Shown here piece by piece: positions 12,132 through 24,825 of a stretch of DNA of 64,000 nt; within the stretch, counting starts at the first letter, position 1; the number at the start of each line of letters is the position of its first letter. The DNA lies in assembly GCA_040285855.1 (NCBI GenBank), contig JAUFOQ010000016.1, forward strand, positions 992,001 to 1,056,000. Reading direction: 5' to 3'. The notes beneath the pieces were generated by a model that saw only the letters and a list, made by a program, of their open reading frames with translations, did not search any database and was not told the DNA's origin. Source of the stretch: Eukaryota sp. GEM-RC1 (taxonomy: Eukaryota). A program made the position numbers and the translations under genes.

Positions 12132-14017
12132 ATGGGTAAATGTTGTTATCACAATGGAGCTGTTTTTGATCCCGTTCTTCTCCCATGTGGACACATTGTT
12201 TGTCATCCGTGTCTTCAACTCATGAAAACCAACAATTGTCCCGGATGCGGTCAAGAAGTTCCATCGGATAATGATTCTGTGATTGACACTACATTATGTA
12301 GATCATCCCTTCAAGAACTTTGTCTTGTGTTTGAAGACGAGCCGAGCACACATTACTCATTGGAAACCTTCATCGATGAAACGCCCCATCCCTATACTGA
12401 CGTAATCCTCCTCGTTGCGCTTCAAATCTGTAAAACCGTCCAGAAGATTCACGATAAAGGCATTCCTCATGGACAAATCAATCTTCAAAACATACTCGTC
12501 CAAATACATGAGTTTGAAGAAGTCTCTGTGTTGATCTCAACCAAGCCCCAGTCCTCCTCCGCTGTTGTCCTTCCAGACGACGACTCTGCTTTCTCTCAAG
12601 ACATTTCTGATCTTGGATATGTCTTATACTGTCTTTACACCCTCAATACCAACCCTTCCTCTGTTTCTCTCTCCCGTATTCCTTCCCTCTTCTCTCCCAT
12701 CTTCCAATACATGCTCTCCAGTGATCCCGCTGAACGCCCTACTATCTCTGAAGTTGTCACCATCCTTGAAGGAATGGTCAATCCTAAATCAGGACACTTA
12801 GTCTCAGTAAGGAAGAACAACACTCTTTTAAGGAAAGCCATCAAGGCTACCAGAGGTCGATTGGAGGCTGAACAACAGAACTCCGATCGAATTAAGAGTG
12901 AATTGACTTTTATGAAGGAAAAACAATCGAGTTTTCTAACGTATATTGCTGAACTCGAAACCGAGCTTTCATCTGCTCAAAAAGCTCTTGGTGACTTACG
13001 AATGTCTTCTGAAGAGGTATTCGTCATCAATGATAAACTAGAGAAAGAGAATCAGCATATGCAACAAATGGTGACAGACCTAACTCAGTTGTTCAACGAA
13101 CTTACTGAATGGCCTTCTGAGAAGATCTCTATTCCTATATTTGACCTATTTGAACAACAACAGGAGCTTCTATTCAGTACTCGTAACTCTCTCCTTCAGT
13201 TCAACACCTCTAAAACCCCTATCCAGTTCTACTACCAGTACACTAAGGACCAGACCACCCACGTGGCTGAGTTCTCTGTCTCTCCGAGTAGTCACAAGTT
13301 AGTCAATGCAACATTGGAGTTTGATGGGAATCGTGTTGTTCTAAAACCTTATGAGAATCCGCATTGTTTAATCTCTTGTATTTGGTTTTTGAAAGCTTTC
13401 CTTACTGATGAGAAAATGGACGCTATTCATTGGAAGTTTTTCCAGGGTCAGGTTGTCCACGAGGTGTCCCATTTAGCTTCTACTTTGAACTTGCCCTCCT
13501 TTGCTTATTGGTTCTTTAGTCAAATGTTGGCCTTTGGAACTCGTCATAAGGAATTCACTTTTATTGTTGATGCATTGTTGAATTATTTCTCGACAAGTTT
13601 GTCCAGCCGACATTATTTTGAACTTTTGCTGATGTTGCAACTAAAAAGAAAGAGTTTTCTGAATTAGATCCGCTTCTTATTTTGAACTGTCCTTCAGCAG
13701 AAATGGCTTTTCAAATGGCACGTGATTTGGTCAAAATTGATAGAAATCGACTCAATAGTGATTGTTGCGCTGCTCTGATCAAGATCGCAATCAAACATGA
13801 GAAATACGATTTGATCTCTTTTGCTGTCAATCATTGTGTGTTGAATACGAATGTTCCTGTTGTTGATGACGCTTTGCCAACTGAACAATTTTGTAGATTT
13901 ATTGTTGATGGGAAACTCAATGAGAATTTGCTGGATTGTGTTGACGCGATTCTTGACCGGTCAGAAATGACTCCAGACGATCGAAATCTGCTACGATCGA
14001 AGTTTTTTGCTGTGTAA
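12132..14017 (+). CDS. RING-like finger + pseudokinase + coiled-coil protein; -1 break near 13625
   Basis: PVLLPCGHIVCHPC...CPGC; kinase C-lobe-like IPHGQINLQNIL, DISDLG, DPAERPT; coiled coil; the frame joins ORF 13682-14017. Confidence 0.7.
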
Positions 14018-15192
14018 TTATGATTTTTTGCCAATAAATGTATACTTTTAGTCATGATTGGTAATCACACTACTTTTGGGAATACCGTGATCAGATTGTG
14101 GTCATTACCACTTTTTGATAGAAGAACAGTCGGTTGCTGTTGATTGTTGCGTTACAGCAAAAGAAAATTGTCGATTACTACATGTAGTACTTCAATGACA
14201 GTCGACAATATCCGAATCAGATTTCTATGTGTACTACAACTTGCAAAAATTGGGTTTGCTATCTTTAAAGGTATTGTGACTTCTGTATCTAGCGTTTGTT
14301 GTTTTTTGTCAGACATTATGAAGATAGGAAATGTGAGAATATCCAAATAGGCAATTTGGATATAAATTATTAGATGTAATCACAGGTACACTGTAGTGTT
14401 TGTTGTCAATAACTATTTAACAGCACAACAAACTTGTAAATACTTGTGTCTCTTATATTGGTGATATGCTATTTCATTAAGCGGTGTCCAGTACAAATGG
14501 AACACCTCTTAAGGAAAGAAAATGCGTATTTATGCACTTGAACAAACACACAACAAACTAAAGATATATACAGAAAGACTGCAAATGCATTATTTCACTG
14601 ATTGATCATAAACCACGTTTTTTTAAGAAAGGCTATTAAAACAAACTACCCAATTCCGACAGGTAGTTACCACCTAACAACTTGGACAAAATGTGACTCA
14701 ATAAGCGAAAATGAAAACGCACATCTAGTCTTCCAGTTCGACCTGTTGACATTCTTACTAAATTCTGCGGAAAGAAAGGTTCAAATGTCTAATTAAATGG
14801 TGCATTGCCGCTAATCACAAATCACAGTGTGTTCACTAATTTTTTACAATATGTGATTTGTGATTGCCAAATCTGCTTTTAATGTATTTTTCCTGGAACA
14901 ACTTTACTTTTAGCAACTAAATCAAACATAGTCTGTCACAAAATAAACTAAATGAAAATGATGTCACAATATCTAGTAATCAAATCTATAAAGCCAATAT
15001 CCATAAAATAATATTTCGCACATAATAGTTTTCAATAGAATTAAGACACTTGACTAGAGTCTATACCGAAGGTCTATAGTTTTGGACCACTTCTATTGAC
15101 CAAGTCTAGTTGTGGCAACACTTCTAGTCTTAGACTGTTTGTATCTAAAGAAGGGTGGTATTTAGATATTGCAAATAAAAACGTTTATAATA

Positions 15193-16907
15193 TTATGAAT
15201 CAACACCAGCACGTTTCTTTAAATAACTGATGATTTTGGCACTTCCACCTACTCTGATTGAGGGTCTAATTGACCTTAAAGGATTGCCATTAATTGATAA
15301 AGATTTTAAACTAGACAGAAATGCAAGTTCATCAGGTAAAGAACTCACATTATTGTTCTCAATATTTACATCTTGAATTTCTGAATTCTTTCTCAAAAAT
15401 TCCGTTGAAATTTCATCTATTGAATTATCTGACACATTAATCAAACAGAGATCATTAGAATTGATCTCAGGTATGCAAGTTAATCCGATTCCTTGTAATT
15501 CTAGCCGGGTCAGGTGAGCCATGTTGAGTATTTGTGAGGAAAGGAAATCTCCAAGTCTTTGATTGAAGGAAACGTTCAAATTTTTGAGAGAATCGTGATT
15601 GATTAATGATTGCGGTAATGACGTGAGCTGATTACTGGAAAGATTGAGCTCCTTCAAGTGAGTAAATTCGTGAAAGTTATCCTGGATCACCGTCAAACGA
15701 CACTTGCTGAGATCAAGTAAAAGAAGAGAAGCATTACTGGAAAGTAGAGATAAAAGAGAAAAATTCAACTGATTCAAATCATTGCCAGACAAATTCAATT
15801 GACGTAACAGATTGCAGTCACTCAAATCTGGAAACTGATCGCTGATTCTATTTGATAGGTCGAGAGTAGTCAAATGAGAAGAAATCACAACTGATTGATG
15901 AGCTCCATTGTCCATTGTAGTATCTGCTGGTAGTTTGTTCCTCAACGACTCGATCAACGACTTAAACCCTCGTCTGACAATAGCAATCCCTGGACTTCTG
16001 AGTGGATTACCAGTAACTTCTAGAGATCTTAATTTGGCAAGTTTCCCTATAAAGGGGTTTAAAACCTTGATTGAATTATTACTCAGATCTAGCACTGTCA
16101 GATTAGTCAACGTCTGGATCTCATCAGGTACTGTTGAGACTGTATTAGAAGCTAAGCAAAGGATTGACAAGCTACAACACTTTAACAAACTACAAGGAAA
16201 AACTGAGAGGAGGTTCTGGTTGAGAAAGAGTTCGATAATAGAAATTGGAAGGTTGTCGTCATCAATAGAGCTCAACTGATTGTGATTACAGTTTAAGATT
16301 TTCAATCGAGAATTAGAACACAGTCGGGGAACTCGTGATAATTGATTAAAAGAGACATCTAATTCCTCCAGTGAATCACCAAAGAAAACGTCATCCAAGT
16401 CAGTTAAAGAGTTGTAAGAAAGATCAACTTTCCTAATTTGAGGTAGCGATAGACCTGCAACAGAAGTGATTTTGTTGTGGGAAGCTTCGAGGGACACGAG
16501 ATTTGGTAGGCTACAATTGCTGACAGTTGAAAGATAGTTATGAGAAACATCTAAAACAGACAAACATGGAAGAAAAGACAAATCTGGAAGAGAAATAAGA
16601 AGATTTTGACGAAGAACTAGAAGTGTGAGTTCTGGTAGTTCTGAAGAGAAAGAAACAGAAGAGATCTTGTTGTTAGAAAAGGACAGTTCTTTGAGAGAGG
16701 GGAACTCTGAAAGGTCTGGAAGCGAGTGGAGTTGATTATTTCTAGCTCTAATGACAGTTAGTGGTTCAACCTGCCACCATTTAACGGAAGATTGTTCTAC
16801 AGGAGGAGTGAGAAGTTCAAGAGGGAAAGAAGTGAGGTCTTTATTAGACAGATCTACGACACCAGTTGATAAGGTCTTCTCTATAAGCTTTGCTGGGATA
16901 AGGACAT
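15193..16907 (-). CDS. LRRC40: Leucine-rich repeat protein, LRRC40-like; -1 break right after the ATG
   Basis: The frame extends upstream of the listed ORF: TGVVDLSNKDLTSFP...KWWQVEPLTVIRARNNQL. Internal and terminal GNPLRS..I...G...I..L motifs are typical of LRRC40. Confidence 0.8.
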
Positions 16908-17492
16908 TGGCTAATAATTGCAGTTAATCCAAAGTTTTGGATCATCCAACAGTGCTTTTGCTGATATAAACCTACTGTTCTGTTATAACCCAATCACATT
17001 TGGTAGCTACTTGCCAAACACTACATGTACATAGGAAAAGTCGCTGTGATTGTTGATGAATCTGGTTGTCAATGACAACGCTAACTGCAAATACATATTA
17101 TGTACACAAGTTTACACAGTCTTTTTGAACTGCGACATGAGTGTGAGATGATGTAGAGGTATCGTTATCTCCTTTGTTGTTGTTGGCGGTTCCTTTAATA
17201 ATAATACCATCAATACTACCAATTTTCAAGAAATTGGGTTTTCACATTTGAGGCTATATCAAAAAATATGTATGCCCAGTACTGAATTGAACGCTTGAAA
17301 ACCTTTGAAACCGTAATACTACTCGCTGAAAGGAAATATTCTTTTGATCATAAAGAAAGTGTTATCAGAAAAGTATCAGATCTGCACATCAACGTGGGTG
17401 TTTTAAGGTATATGTTTGAGAGCCGCTTTTTGTATCAACATCAATGATAAGGAAACTATTTCCAATCAATTTCCTATTTAAAGAAGTTCATA

Positions 17493-18740
17493 ATGACTGT
17501 CGCTTGTCCAATCCATCTTGGGGTTCTCAACGATCCAGTGACTCTTCCCTGCCAGCATTCCTTCTGTCTTACATGTATATCTGCTTTTCTCAAAATTAGA
17601 CGTCATTGTCCTGTGTGTAATCAAAGCATTCCTGACAATTATGAGCTGAAGAGAAACGATCTTCTTACCCAACTCTTACAACCAAAAGTCATTACAGAGT
17701 GTGACATTCAGGATCAGAAGCACTTCTTATCCACACATTCATCAGACCTTGTTTTAGGAACTTTCTCTGGTAATCGTGTAATATGGAAGAAGTACAGACA
17801 GCTTCCAGGACTCCCTCCTGCCCAAAACAAAGCCAACAATCAGTACCATCTCATCAAAAGTCTGGACTTCCCTGATAAATTGGTTCGAATCTATGGTGTT
17901 ACCAAAAATCCTCCTGGAATTGTCTGTGAACATCTTTCAGCCAGTATCCAAGATCTATTCAACAAACGACAGAAGTTCTCTTCAGAAGATGTTGCTACAA
18001 TCGCTAAGGATGTAGTTCAAGGGTTGTCTCTTCTCCATCGTAACAACTTTGTTCACAGAGATATATCTGCAGGAAATGTTCTTTTAGACATCAATCATCA
18101 GAGGATAAATAGAGCCAAACTAGCTGATTTTGACGATGTTCGAGCTTCAAATACTAGTGTAACAATCAGCTTCTTGGGAACCATGGCATACATGCCCCCG
18201 GAGGTTCTACTTGGTCATACTGATAAACCAACACCAGCTGGAGACATATTCTCTTTTGGTGTTCTTCTTTGGGGATTATTATCCAATCAAGATCCTTCCT
18301 CTGTACGAGAACCACTCCAAGCTCTGCAAATGGCCAGATTTGAACGGAAAGGAGCTGCTCTTATTGACATTTCTGCCATTCCAGAGAAGTTCAGACCTCT
18401 GATTCAGTCCACTACTTCAATTAACCCGATTAATCGCCCTAATGCCACTCTTCTTTTGAATGCACTGATATCTTGCTTTAGTGGCGGTACCTATGAGATT
18501 TCAGCTCCTCCAATTACTGTTCCTCATATTCAAAATCATCATTTTTTAGCCGCTGAAAGCAACGACATTTCCAATGAAGAAGTTGTCATTGAAACAACCT
18601 CAACGAATGAAGATACAGAAGTTACTGGTTCTGAAACTGCTCAAGTTGTCAAGAGATGTTTTTATGCTATATTTCCGATTTTTGCTTTTATTTTTATATT
18701 TTGGTTTATACTCTCTAATACGTATGATGAGCCCTATTAA
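17493..18740 (+). CDS. RING finger - protein kinase - C-terminal TM protein
   Basis: CPIH...PCQHSFCLTC...CPVC; VHRDISAGNVLL, LADFDD, GTMAYMPPE, DIFSFG; hydrophobic tail FYAIFPIFAFIFIFWFIL. Confidence 0.85.
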   Translation: MTVACPIHLGVLNDPVTLPCQHSFCLTCISAFLKIRRHCPVCNQSIPDNYELKRNDLLTQLLQPKVITECDIQDQKHFLSTHSSDLVLGTFSGNRVIWKKYRQLPGLPPAQNKANNQYHLIKSLDFPDKLVRIYGVTKNPPGIVCEHLSASIQDLFNKRQKFSSEDVATIAKDVVQGLSLLHRNNFVHRDISAGNVLLDINHQRINRAKLADFDDVRASNTSVTISFLGTMAYMPPEVLLGHTDKPTPAGDIFSFGVLLWGLLSNQDPSSVREPLQALQMARFERKGAALIDISAIPEKFRPLIQSTTSINPINRPNATLLLNALISCFSGGTYEISAPPITVPHIQNHHFLAAESNDISNEEVVIETTSTNEDTEVTGSETAQVVKRCFYAIFPIFAFIFIFWFILSNTYDEPY

Positions 18741-19047
18741 ATTCGATTATTTACATTTTAGTTCTGGACAGTAAATAGTCTCGATAGTCAGGATCGTGTA
18801 AACTAGAAAAACGAATGGAAATTGGTGGATTTTGAGAAACAAACGTTAATTGTGGGTGGATTTAATAGTGTCCCTTTTACAAATTAGCTTAGGAAACAAA
18901 AGAAGCTAAATTACTAAGTGCGCACCCAAAGCTCAAAAATTCAATACCAGAAGTAAATTGATAACAAATAAATACCTGTAACTACTCATAACAAGAACGA
19001 TATTATCAGACCACTACCTTCTAAAACAAGCAAGTAAAGTTACAATC

Positions 19048-20699
19048 CTAAGACGTCATCAATCCTTTTGCTTTCTCTAGTAATCGCGCCCTTCGAAGTT
19101 TAGATCTATTAACCAATTGTTTGTCCAAGAAGGAATCACGCCATAGGTCAAAACTCTGACGTGATATTATTTGATTTCTGACCTTGAACAACTTCTCTTC
19201 AACCGAAGTTTCTACTAAAACTCGTTGTTGGTGAATTAAAACAGAACTTTGAAACCAAGACTTCAAGAGAATTCTCTTGTGTAACGTAGCCAGAATTTGA
19301 GCACCTTGGTCACGATTGTTTTTGATCATAGATAAATGTGCACGAAGACCGTGAATAACTCTAAATGACAGCATACTGTAGTAGAAGGAATCAGCACGGG
19401 TATTTTTGACCCTATGCACGTGTGCCAGTCGATCTTTCCATAAAGAGAAGGTATTAGTAACGTGGAAACCATCAAATACAGTAGTAAAATGCGAATGAAT
19501 TACTGACACACGAACTCTGTGAGAACAAAAACACGAAAACCAAGATATTTCAAATTACGTAAATAATTTGCTCGCGCCAATTCCACATTCATCAATTTAA
19601 TTTCCTTCAACCGAAGTGATTCAGCTGCCTGTAGTCTTGCCCTTTCCTTTTCAATTCTGACCTGTTCACGTTTCACTCTCACCACTTCCACTCTCTTACT
19701 AAACTCATCCTCCTTCAACATCAACTTCTTTTCCCCTTCGATGATCTTCCTTGCCTGATACTTCTTTGCAAGCTCCAACCGCTTCTTCTTACGTTCTTCG
19801 TGTCGGTCGTTGATAGCTTTTACAACTGGTGGTGAGTTAGTCTCTTGAGAACTTTCTTGAGACTTCTGTTGACTTGGTGATGATTGATCAGTCGCTTTGT
19901 TGTCATTTTTGTCTGATAAATTAGCACGCAGGAATGAAATAAAGCCATGACGTCGTACTTCCAATGATTGTAGGTCACTTTGGATTTGAATTTGAAGTAA
20001 ATGGTCTTGGAGAGCAACCTTCCATTGACAAAAGACTTTCAAAAGAACATTTTCATAATGATATTGAGCTGATACACGTTCTTTTGATTGTCGTGATTGT
20101 GAAAAAGACTCTTTCCACTTAGAGAAACAGGAAAGAGTTGTCACGCGACGGTTAAATATGAATGATGCTGATAATAAATACCATCGAAAAAATAAAACCA
20201 AAGTGTGTTTCTCCTGAACTTGGTTCAAACATTTACTCATTTGCTGACGTTTTTCCGGAGAAATCAACGGAACAACGACCTTCCGTGGTTCCTCTATTGG
20301 TTCTTTAACCTGAGGACTTCGTTGTGGCAGAGGTTTCTTCTTGGGAATCTTGGGTGGGATAGGAAGAGAAGAGGGAAGATCAATTTCTTGAAGTTGTTGT
20401 TGATGTAGAACCTTTCTTCGTTCATGAATTGTGCGTATCTTTTTGGACTTGTTAATTAGCAGATCATCTTGCTTACGTTCTTGAATAAACTTTGCTTGGG
20501 GCACAGATCTGACAATACGCTTGGAGACAGGTAGTGGTGGAGGTGGGGCTGGTGGATGTAGAGAAAGGGATTCAGTAGAGGAAAGAAGTCCAGATGCAGG
20601 AGTATCAAGATCTCCCAACCATTGGTTCATAAGTGCTTTAGCCTCATTAGAAACAGAACTTTGAGGAACATCTATAAGAGAATTGAGTAATGGTGTCAT
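19048..20699 (-). CDS. CCDC191-like coiled-coil / Sfi1-repeat-like centriolar protein; frame break near 19505
   Basis: EAKALMNQWL motif, F..W repeats, charged coiled coil (RHEERKKKRLELAKKY); ATG at 20699. Confidence 0.6.
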
Positions 20700-20727
20700 C
20701 ACTTTTGTGACGAAGTAAAATCGAATG

Positions 20728-21642
20728 AACTTCACAGATATTGTCCTGTTTTGTGATTTTGTGATAACAACCATCACAATAATCACACATGATGAAAAAT
20801 GTACTCTTCATCTTCACAACCTATATGAAAAATTATCCCATTGTGACTCATCTCCCGACAATTTGATCTCAAACAACAGTAAATCAATTGCTAATTTATC
20901 ACGAACTTTATTTCAGAGGTACTTTATTATAATATTTTATTTCATCAATTATCTACTACTGTAATTATTTCTACTGCGGTTCTTGGTGGACAATTCAGTA
21001 GTTGTAACACATTGTCATCATCTTCGTCTCATTCAACCCCAAAATCTACAGGGTTTTCAATCGTAATGTCAACTATTACTCTTTGAAAATCCACTTCTTC
21101 TATTCCCTCACTAAGATCAACATCTATCATCACCCTTCTCCACTAATTCATATTCAGCACTCAGAGATCGTTCAGTGCTGGCACGCACTTCACTCCAAAT
21201 ATCTGCTTATATGTAACATTGCCTGATATCTTTTTCCATATATTCTAAATTGAGCGAAACTGAGATTTTCTTCTTCTTGCTTCAATAGAGCTAGGTTAAA
21301 TTAAACTTCAATGACATCATCTATATGAGTAAGTATCAGACACATTTAAACGCCGTTTAGTAAAAGAATAATCTAATACTATTCGAACAAATAACGTATC
21401 GGTACCAGCAACGACAAACAATATATTGTATTGTGTTTTTGCAACAATATATGTATTGTTCGAGTCCACAATAAACAATATATTGTACAATAACACAATA
21501 CAATATTTGTCATTTTGTGCAACTATAACAAGAATCACATATCTGACAACGTCGCTGTTCTTCACATTACAATTGTGATTACAATAATCCGACCATTTTT
21601 ACACTTTTGTGATTACTGTGTGATTTGTGAAGTACAACTATG
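20728..21642. mobile_element. Degenerate hAT-like element remnant(s)
   Basis: Right end TGTGAAGTACAACTATG (CATAGT-type TIR), partial left match AACTTCACA, ATCACA/TGTGAT subterminal repeats; no clear TSD. Confidence 0.4.
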
Positions 21643-21972
21643 TTTATGTGTAATTGTGTTCAAGTGCGAGCATTTTATATATACAAAGTCATTGTTTTCA
21701 ACGTTGTGATGGACAATAGAAGTCTTTTACAGATCCTTAGCCCTTTCCAACATAACTCCAAGTCTTACAACGTTTAGAATCATCTTTCAATTTTGCCTCA
21801 AACTGCTTTTTGAAAGTTATGAGTAATAGAAAACATTTTGGAGAAGAATTCTCAAAATCAAAATCTACTGTATTTCAAGATCCAACAAAGGGAAAATGGG
21901 TAAAAGATCATCATTTTGATGGTAACACTGCTTAGTTTGAGAAGTCTCTGAACAATATTTATTTCACAACAA

Positions 21973-22471
21973 TTAACACTCCTCGTGAGATATCTTCTGT
22001 AACATGGTAATACACACAATAACACCGTATAAAGCAAGAGCTTCGCCCATAATTAGCATGAGGATCATGGATATAAATAACCGAGGTTGCTGTCCAGCAG
22101 CAGTAATACCAGCATTTCCGACATGTCCGATCGTTATTCCAGCAGCAAGGGAAGAAAGTCCTTGTGTAAGACCTGCTGCCAGAGCAACAAAACCATCAAA
22201 TAGAGGGAAATCGGCCGTCATTGTTGATATCACCAATGATCAGAATGGAGAGGATGAGTCCGTAGATACCGAAAATACCAGCCATGACTACAGGAATAAG
22301 AAACTTCATGACTGAATCGGGTTGAACAACACCGGTGGCCGCAACGGCCGAGCCAGCTTTGGCAGTACCATAAGCAGACCCTACACAACTAAGAACCAAT
22401 GAAGCGGTTGCACCCATAAGGCCAAAGAAGACGGCTGATGGAGGACATGAATTAAGTACAAGATCGAGCAT
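21973..22471 (-). CDS. ATP6V0C: V-type ATPase 16-kDa proteolipid subunit c; +1 break near 22205
   Basis: FFGLMGA...GSAYGTAKAG, IPVVMAGIFGIYGL, LFDGF..LAAGL, QQPRLF..MIL.LI.GEALALYG with the essential Glu. Confidence 0.95.
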
Positions 22472-22544
22472 TTGAAGAGAAAAGTCATGTACTAACAAAC
22501 ACTACAACTACAGCTACAGCTCTCTCCACAGTCTCTCCATTAGA

Positions 22545-24287
22545 ATGAGACTGGGACTCTTACGTCTTTTCCAGTCCAACTTCTATGTTTCATTCCTGCT
22601 TAGTTTTCTTCTTTTGGGTACTGTTGGTGGTCTGCTCTTATATCCTTCTTCAGATGTCACGATTGTTCAATCCATGTTCACATCCTTCAGTGCTATTACT
22701 AGTACCGGTTTGAGTCCTTTTAATTTCCAACAATCCTCTTTCCTCTTCAAGATTATTGTTTTGATACTCATTCAGCTGGGATCTATGCCACTCTGGTCTT
22801 TAGTTCCACTGATAGTCCGTCGTCGCTTCCTTACACACAATTTCTCTGAACTTGTTTTTCCTGAAGAATTCATTCAACAAGTTTATCGACGTAATTCCAG
22901 CCTCTCTGACCTACAAAGTCTTGATAAAGACGTTTCTCTTGACATGTCTGAAGAAGAAGCTCAACTTAATGCTTCTATTCCTCTCTACCAGTATTCTACT
23001 GAGTATTGGGCCACTATTAAGCTTTGTAAAGTCATTATCATCTACATTGCCTCCTGCTATCTCATTTGTATGTCTCTGCTTTCTTTACGTTTCCTTTTCT
23101 CTCCCTATGCTCGTTCAATTGCTTCTGAAGTTGGTGGGTGGGTGTGGTTTTCGTTTTTCCACACCATTAATGGATTTAACAATGCAGGTTTCGCCCTATT
23201 CAATTCCAGTCTAGAACCTTTCAATGACGATCCTTTTATTCTTTTCCCTCTTACTTTTGTTATGTTTGCAGGTCTGGCTGGTTATCCTATCTTTCTCCGT
23301 AGCATTGTCAGAATCCTTGCTGATAGAACAAGATTCTCTCCCGTTTACAAGTTTCTATTATCCCACGGGCGTGAAGTTTACACTCATCTTTTTTCCCAAG
23401 TCGAAACCAATTGGTTATCTTTTTGGGCGTTTCTTCTTTATTCTTTAGAGTTTGTTTCTCTTTTGTTCGATTTTAAGGCACTTCCACACTCTGGACTTTT
23501 AACTTTATTAAATGTCTATTTTGGAAGTATTACCGTCAAAAGCACTGGTTTCAGTTCATTTGATCTCAATCTTCTATCACCATCGTCACTTCTAATCACT
23601 TTGTTACTCATGATTGTTGGTCAGATCCCTTTTATTGCAACCCTAAGAGGTTCTGCAAGAGAGTTTCAAAAGAAGAAGAAGAAGAAGTTGAACGATCCAA
23701 AGAGTTTGACTGCTGCTTTTTTACGTATTCTTAAAAGTCAACAAGATACTGCTTGGTTGAGAGATTGCTTTTGGGTTTCTATTTCAAGTTTTTTAGTATT
23801 AGTATCATTTGGTAATTTCAAAGACAATCGAATCTTTACCGCTATCTTTGAAGTTGCTTCAGCTTATGGTAATGTTGGTCTTTCCTTAGGTTGGGAGGGA
23901 GTAGAAGGGTCTTTTGTGGCTTTTATTCCGCCTTTTGGACAAATAGTACTTTGTTTGACTTGCGTTGCTGGCAGATTGCGTGGTCTTCCGACTTCCTATG
24001 ACCGTTCAATCACGACAAGAACTTTTGAAGGAGTTGCTGATGACGTGTTACGATTGCTGCCAGTGGAGACTCTGGCCAAAATGGGAGTCGATAATAATCA
24101 ATCGTCATTGAAAGATTTCAAAATTGATCCCAGAATTGAAATGTTGTTGACACGTGGCTGTTTACCTGAAGATTCTATTACTTTTATTGTCACTCACCAC
24201 ACTTACCCTCCTAGGAGAATCATGAACGTGAGAGAATTGATGGATTTACGAAGAGCTCAAGAGCCAGTCAGTGATGACGATACATGA
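22545..24287 (+). CDS. Trk/HKT-family potassium transporter
   Basis: Four P-loops with filter glycines: SAITSTGL, FNNAGF, TVKSTGF, FEVASAYGNVGLSLG; GRLRGLP. Confidence 0.92.
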   Translation: MRLGLLRLFQSNFYVSFLLSFLLLGTVGGLLLYPSSDVTIVQSMFTSFSAITSTGLSPFNFQQSSFLFKIIVLILIQLGSMPLWSLVPLIVRRRFLTHNFSELVFPEEFIQQVYRRNSSLSDLQSLDKDVSLDMSEEEAQLNASIPLYQYSTEYWATIKLCKVIIIYIASCYLICMSLLSLRFLFSPYARSIASEVGGWVWFSFFHTINGFNNAGFALFNSSLEPFNDDPFILFPLTFVMFAGLAGYPIFLRSIVRILADRTRFSPVYKFLLSHGREVYTHLFSQVETNWLSFWAFLLYSLEFVSLLFDFKALPHSGLLTLLNVYFGSITVKSTGFSSFDLNLLSPSSLLITLLLMIVGQIPFIATLRGSAREFQKKKKKKLNDPKSLTAAFLRILKSQQDTAWLRDCFWVSISSFLVLVSFGNFKDNRIFTAIFEVASAYGNVGLSLGWEGVEGSFVAFIPPFGQIVLCLTCVAGRLRGLPTSYDRSITTRTFEGVADDVLRLLPVETLAKMGVDNNQSSLKDFKIDPRIEMLLTRGCLPEDSITFIVTHHTYPPRRIMNVRELMDLRRAQEPVSDDDT

Positions 24288-24743
24288 GATATTCTTTCTT
24301 CGTATGTAGTTTGTTTAGTTTAGTTTTTTGTTTCGCCTGTTTGTTTTCATCTTATGTGTTTTAGATCTGTGAATCCACTTTTACGACTTAGTGAGATGTT
24401 GCTACTTTCTTCTTTTATGCGTGAAGAAAAGACCTGATTGGCCTGAAATTGAAATGATTTTACATCAGTGGTTTAAATTGTCTGGGCAGATTAATTGTTC
24501 GGACTATAAAACAGTCTCAATTTTTTCCAATTGCATTACGACAATTGTCTTTCAATACATTCAAGTGTTTGTTCGACAATCATTTGACATGCAGATACTT
24601 TCATATGCTGTAGCTGTCACTAGTTGTCTGTATTTTCAAGACAGGCCTATAGAAAGAGCATTGGGTACGCTTGCATTTTAGATTTTTTTATGAGGAATAG
24701 GACGTTTGTGCTGACATCTTTTCTCTCTCAAAGAAAGGCATGA

Positions 24744-24825
24744 GCAACTATGGCCGAGTGGTTATGGCGCTTGTCTAGAAAACAAGTGGGATCTTCCCGC
24801 GTGAGTTCAAATCTCACTGGTTGCG
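24744..24825 (+). tRNA. tRNA-Ser(AGA)
   Basis: GCAACTA/TGGTTGC acceptor stem, TGGCCGAGTGGT D-arm, CTTGT-CTAGAAA-ACAAG anticodon arm, long variable arm, GTTCAAATC T-loop, discriminator G, T-run terminator. Confidence 0.95.

Noticed and set aside
14813..14865. 14-bp inverted repeat AATCACAAATCACA...TGTGATTTGTGATT
   Set aside because: It shares its motif with the decayed element at 20.7-21.6 kb and is probably a TE scrap; there is no evidence for an RNA gene.
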